From: Daphnia carinata
Lineage: Eukaryota
Length of the DNA stretch: 64,000 nt
Direction of reading: 5' to 3'
NCBI RefSeq assembly: GCF_022539665.2
Contig: NC_081331.1
Span: 5,704,001 to 5,768,000 of the forward strand
A model generated the notes under the pieces. It was not told where the DNA came from. It saw nothing but the letters and a program-made list of their open reading frames with translations, and ran no database searches. Below are positions 60,501 to 64,000 of the stretch, one piece after another; within the stretch, counting starts at the first letter, position 1; every line of letters begins with the position of its first letter. Made by a program: the position numbers and the translations under genes.

Positions 60501-62433
60501 ATTTCCAGGGATCGAGTGACCCGGCAGCATTATTACTATCAACTTCGCGAGAATGTGCTCCGACACGGCCAGCCGGCCACGGAGGAGAGCTTCTTCCGGC
60601 TAGCAGCCCTGGCGCTTCAGGCCGAATTGGGCGACTACGACCCTGAACGCCATCGGGCCGCTTACTTTGACACGCAACTCTATTTCCCCCAATGGGTAAG
60701 ATTTAATGTTTTTTTTTTTTTTTTTTCTTTTTGTGCTGGGGAAAAAAAAAAAAAAAAAATCAAAAATTCAAGTCGCTTACATAGAAAGAAAAACAGGCTT
60801 TGGACGTCTAGGCCGTGTGTTGCATTATTCAGCATCTTAATACAACTGTTTATGCTCAGTGTAGTGGAGGTAGTTAACTACCGGTTTCTGAATAGTTAAT
60901 TGCGGCTGGTCTAGAGCCTTTTCTTATATAAGCCTCGGCTTATAAGAAATCACCTGGTAGCGGAATTTTCGGTTTTCCAGTTTGCATATTTACAAAAAAA
61001 AAAAATACTTCTCTCGAGTTTTTCCTCATTCGACTGATTGATGTTTGTTCCAGTCTAGAGAACAGAGGGGCGTTGCTCTTGTCTGAATACTGACGAATAA
61101 CGTACATGCATTTTCATTGAGATTTATCCAGTCGAACGAGTTTTTCGAAAATAATTAGAAAAAGATATCTCATCAAAATTTTTCTTTTTGTCTTAAAGAT
61201 CCTGGAACGAGTGGGAGTGGATTATGTGGTGCAAAATATGCCTGCCATGCATCGAGATCACCGTTGTTTGTCGACCGGTTCGGCTCAGCTCCTTTACATT
61301 AAGGAGGCATCCAGCGGTCACACCCATTACGGTTTGCATCTTTACCGGTTGCGAAGTTCCAAGAAATCGGACGATCAACAACAACTTCAGTTGCAACAGC
61401 AGCAACATCATGCCCATACTAGCAGTGGCAGTAGTCATAATAATTCCCACCGATTGCGCAGCAGTGCCGAACGCACCGGATGCGATAGCCGCTTGTCCGC
61501 TGCCACGCTCGATCGACCCAACAAAACTCACAAGTTGGACTCGAAAATCGAAGCCGTTCTTGGTATGTCCGCCGATGAGTCCTCTAATGGACGAACGACA
61601 TTGGAACGCACCACGTCTCAGCCGTGTTCGACCAACGAGAACCAAACTGTCCAGCAGCTCCACGAACAGCAGCAACCGCATACCGGAACTGTTTGGCTGG
61701 GCATTTGCGGCCGAGGCATCGACATCTACGAGGCATTTCATTTTTATTTTTGAAAAATTCCTATTTCTTTCGCAATTACATTTTTATAAATTTTAAATTT
61801 TAGGAGGAGGACAGCTTCACGAAAACGGTTCGTGCTACCTTCCAGTGGCCCAACATCGGCAAACTCTGTTTCGAGGTAAATCATTTTTTTTTTTTTTTTT
61901 TTAAAGGCAATGACAAAAGAATAACATTTTTGTGTACGCGTTGATGGAACTTTGAACCGTTTCTACCGTGATGCGCTTGAGGGCCAAAACCACCTACTCC
62001 CCCCCCCCTGCAGATCAATCAGAGAGAGATGGAAAAAAGAGTCGGGGCTGGAAGGATAATGGGAGAAGGAGGAGGGTTAGATGTTGTTGTTATTGTTATT
62101 GCATTCCACACAAGGGTCTGGCGGGCTTCCCTCACGTAGCACACACAAGAGTCCCCCTCTCTTTGCGTGGTGGCCTTGGGAAGGCAAATAATAATAATAA
62201 GGAGAAGAAGTAGCAGCAGCAGCAAGAACAGCAGGAGGGCTACCTCTCCTTTTACAAAGGCATCCAGCCAGCGGGGATATGTGAGAGGAGAGGGAGAAAT
62301 CGTCTTTTCATCCCCCTCGGCTCCCCTTTTCTTTCTTCGTATTTCCAACATTTTCTACCTGAAAAAAAAAGGGTGAAGTCGTTAACGGGCTGCCTCGCGT
62401 GCTGCATACTAATGATATACAGGAGGAGGAATG
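51975..62433. promoter_or_regulatory. Dispersed TEAD/Scalloped (CATTCC/GGAATG) motif array across the expanded 5' region and introns
   Basis: At least 19 exact hexamers counted by eye; positions listed in findings. Confidence 0.6.
54547..54572 (+). repeat. (GA)13 microsatellite upstream of the expanded coding region
   Basis: Direct reading; GA repeats can act as GAGA-factor sites in arthropods. Confidence 0.85.
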
Positions 62434-64000
62434 GGTGGGTCCAGCCTATCCAAGATGGAGAAAAGAATTTTTCTCCTCTTTGAGAAAATAACCCTTCGGC
62501 TTTTTTTTTCTTGTCGGATTTCAGTTGGCTGGACCAAAAAAAAAAAGCGGACATATTATTATCATCAGGATTTAAGGGAATTTTTCGATGAACGAGGGGA
62601 GAAGTAGAAAGGGGGGGGGATAAATATGGGTGCAGGTGTGCAACTCTCTCCTGCGCCTACTAAACATATTAATTCCCCCTTTTTTTTTTTAAATTATTTA
62701 TTTGACATTTTTTTTTTCTTTTGTTACAGAGGAAAAAGTTTGAAATCCGAGCTGTTGGGTGTCCCGAGAGCCGCAAGTTCACTTACTACACGAGTAGCGA
62801 CGACAAGTCGAAACACTTGCTCTACCTGTGCAGAGTGACGCATCAGTTCAGCATGGCCATGCAGCCCAAATTGGCCGAACTTCGGAAACTCGAAGAAGAA
62901 GGTAAATCATCAATAAAAAAACAAAACAAAAAAACAAGATGATGATGTAACATGACCATTTTTGGGATTTTTGAATTAGCCAATCGGCATTACCAAGAAT
63001 CCATGGGCGAAGGGACGGCCGTTGAACTAGGCGGATGGTGTGATGGAGGGAGTAGTCTGGAGAGACCAGACAGGCTGAGCTTACGTGGCTACGGCTCTTT
63101 GTCCAAAGGCCGTGGCGGAGGCAGCCAAGCTCACGGCGATCAGCGCATCTCCGTCATCAGCAGCACGTCATCCAATACCACGTCGGGCATCGTGTCAGAC
63201 AAGGTCCAGAGCGTCGATGAAAGCGAAGACGAACTGGACTTGGACGAACGAGCTCGACCCTCGCCCGCTGCAGCCCCGTCGCTCGAATCTCTGGCCTTGG
63301 CCCACCTTCGCGATTCGTGCGACTCCTTACCTGCCGAATTGGAACGTCGCAACGAGTCCGAATCGGCCATGCAACTGAGACCTGCAGCTCAAAATTTAAC
63401 GTCCGGCCAGCAAAGTGGAAGTAGCAACAGCAGCACGACCTTACCACGACGCTTAGCTGGATTAGGCGCCCGTTTAGCCCGAGTCGGACGATCGAGCAAC
63501 AAGACGACAACATCGACGGCTGCGACATCCAGCGCCACCACTACGCTGCGGACGTCCAGCGAAATGTCTCGAACAGGAAGCCTGCACAGCTCCTCGTCCC
63601 AGCACAGCGCATCCACCATCCACTCGAGATCGCGTTCCAAACCTCGCGTTTCCTCGTCAACGACGAACGGCTGGCCTGGATGCGATCTGAATCCATCTTC
63701 CGACAGGGTGGCAAACGATAGTCCGGCGTCTTCTTGGCTGAGGTTGAACAGCGTCGACGTAACGGACGGCATCGCTTCGATGCGGCTCCAAGCGTCCGCC
63801 GAAGAGAATCAAAGACGTTCGGATATGGTTGGATCCAGCAATAATAGCGGAGCGACGGGCGATCAAGCCCAAAATTCCGGCATGGAGGAGGAAAACCAGT
63901 ATTGGTATTCTTGCGACGATGACGTCAGTGAAACGGGTTCGACCAACGGCGAGAAATGCCCAGCCGGCGTCCTCTGCACCGACTGTCGAATGGGAATCGT
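57212..64000 (+). CDS. ex: Expanded (FERM-domain Hippo pathway regulator, FRMD6/FRMD1-related), 5' part
   Basis: Exons 57212-57667, 57970-58069, 59030-59109, 60351-60430, 60509-60695, 61199-61732, 61804-61875, 62730-62901, 62980->64000. DIFGLAIQIDGEYLFVDPENKLGKYAPKGWKSSH, FRVKFYV, LAALALQAELGD, FQWPNIGKLCFERKKFEIR, and the Expanded-specific QRISVISSTSSNTTSGIVSD...APSLESLALAHL. Start ATG inferred; the frame is open back to the acceptor at 57155. Confidence 0.93.

Noticed and set aside
61193..63872. Long antisense/alternative-frame ORFs over expanded (and likewise over TRPA and the PH gene)
   Set aside because: Shadows of GC-rich coding exons on the other strand or frame.

Overview
Eukaryotic, intron-rich arthropod DNA. 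The 60-110 nt introns, abundant poly-A/T tracts and gene content suggest a branchiopod crustacean such as Daphnia (inference). I assembled seven protein-coding genes by hand from splice sites and frame continuity: (1) 5' part of Jarid2 (-, runs off the left edge); (2) a pyrexia/water-witch-type TRPA channel (+); (3) a catalytically dead cholinesterase-like, neuroligin/gliotactin-like type I membrane protein (-); (4) Hippo/STK3-4 kinase (+); (5) an uncharacterised PH-domain protein ending in a PDZ ligand (-); (6) poly(A) polymerase (+); (7) 5' part of expanded (+, runs off the right edge). About 16 kb (30-46 kb) has no convincing CDS. The top observation is in gene 3: its TGA, just after the transmembrane helix, is followed by 192 more in-frame codons carrying a PPxY motif and a C-terminal PDZ ligand, a strong stop-codon readthrough candidate. 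Other points: hippo and expanded lie ~37 kb apart; expanded shows ~4-fold enrichment of TEAD/Scalloped motifs, a GC-AG intron and a ~100-aa FERM insertion; CTCF-like motifs flank the PAP gene; hippo and PAP have candidate truncating exons. No rRNA, tRNA, CRISPR or intact transposon was recognised. All exon models and counts are manual and untested.
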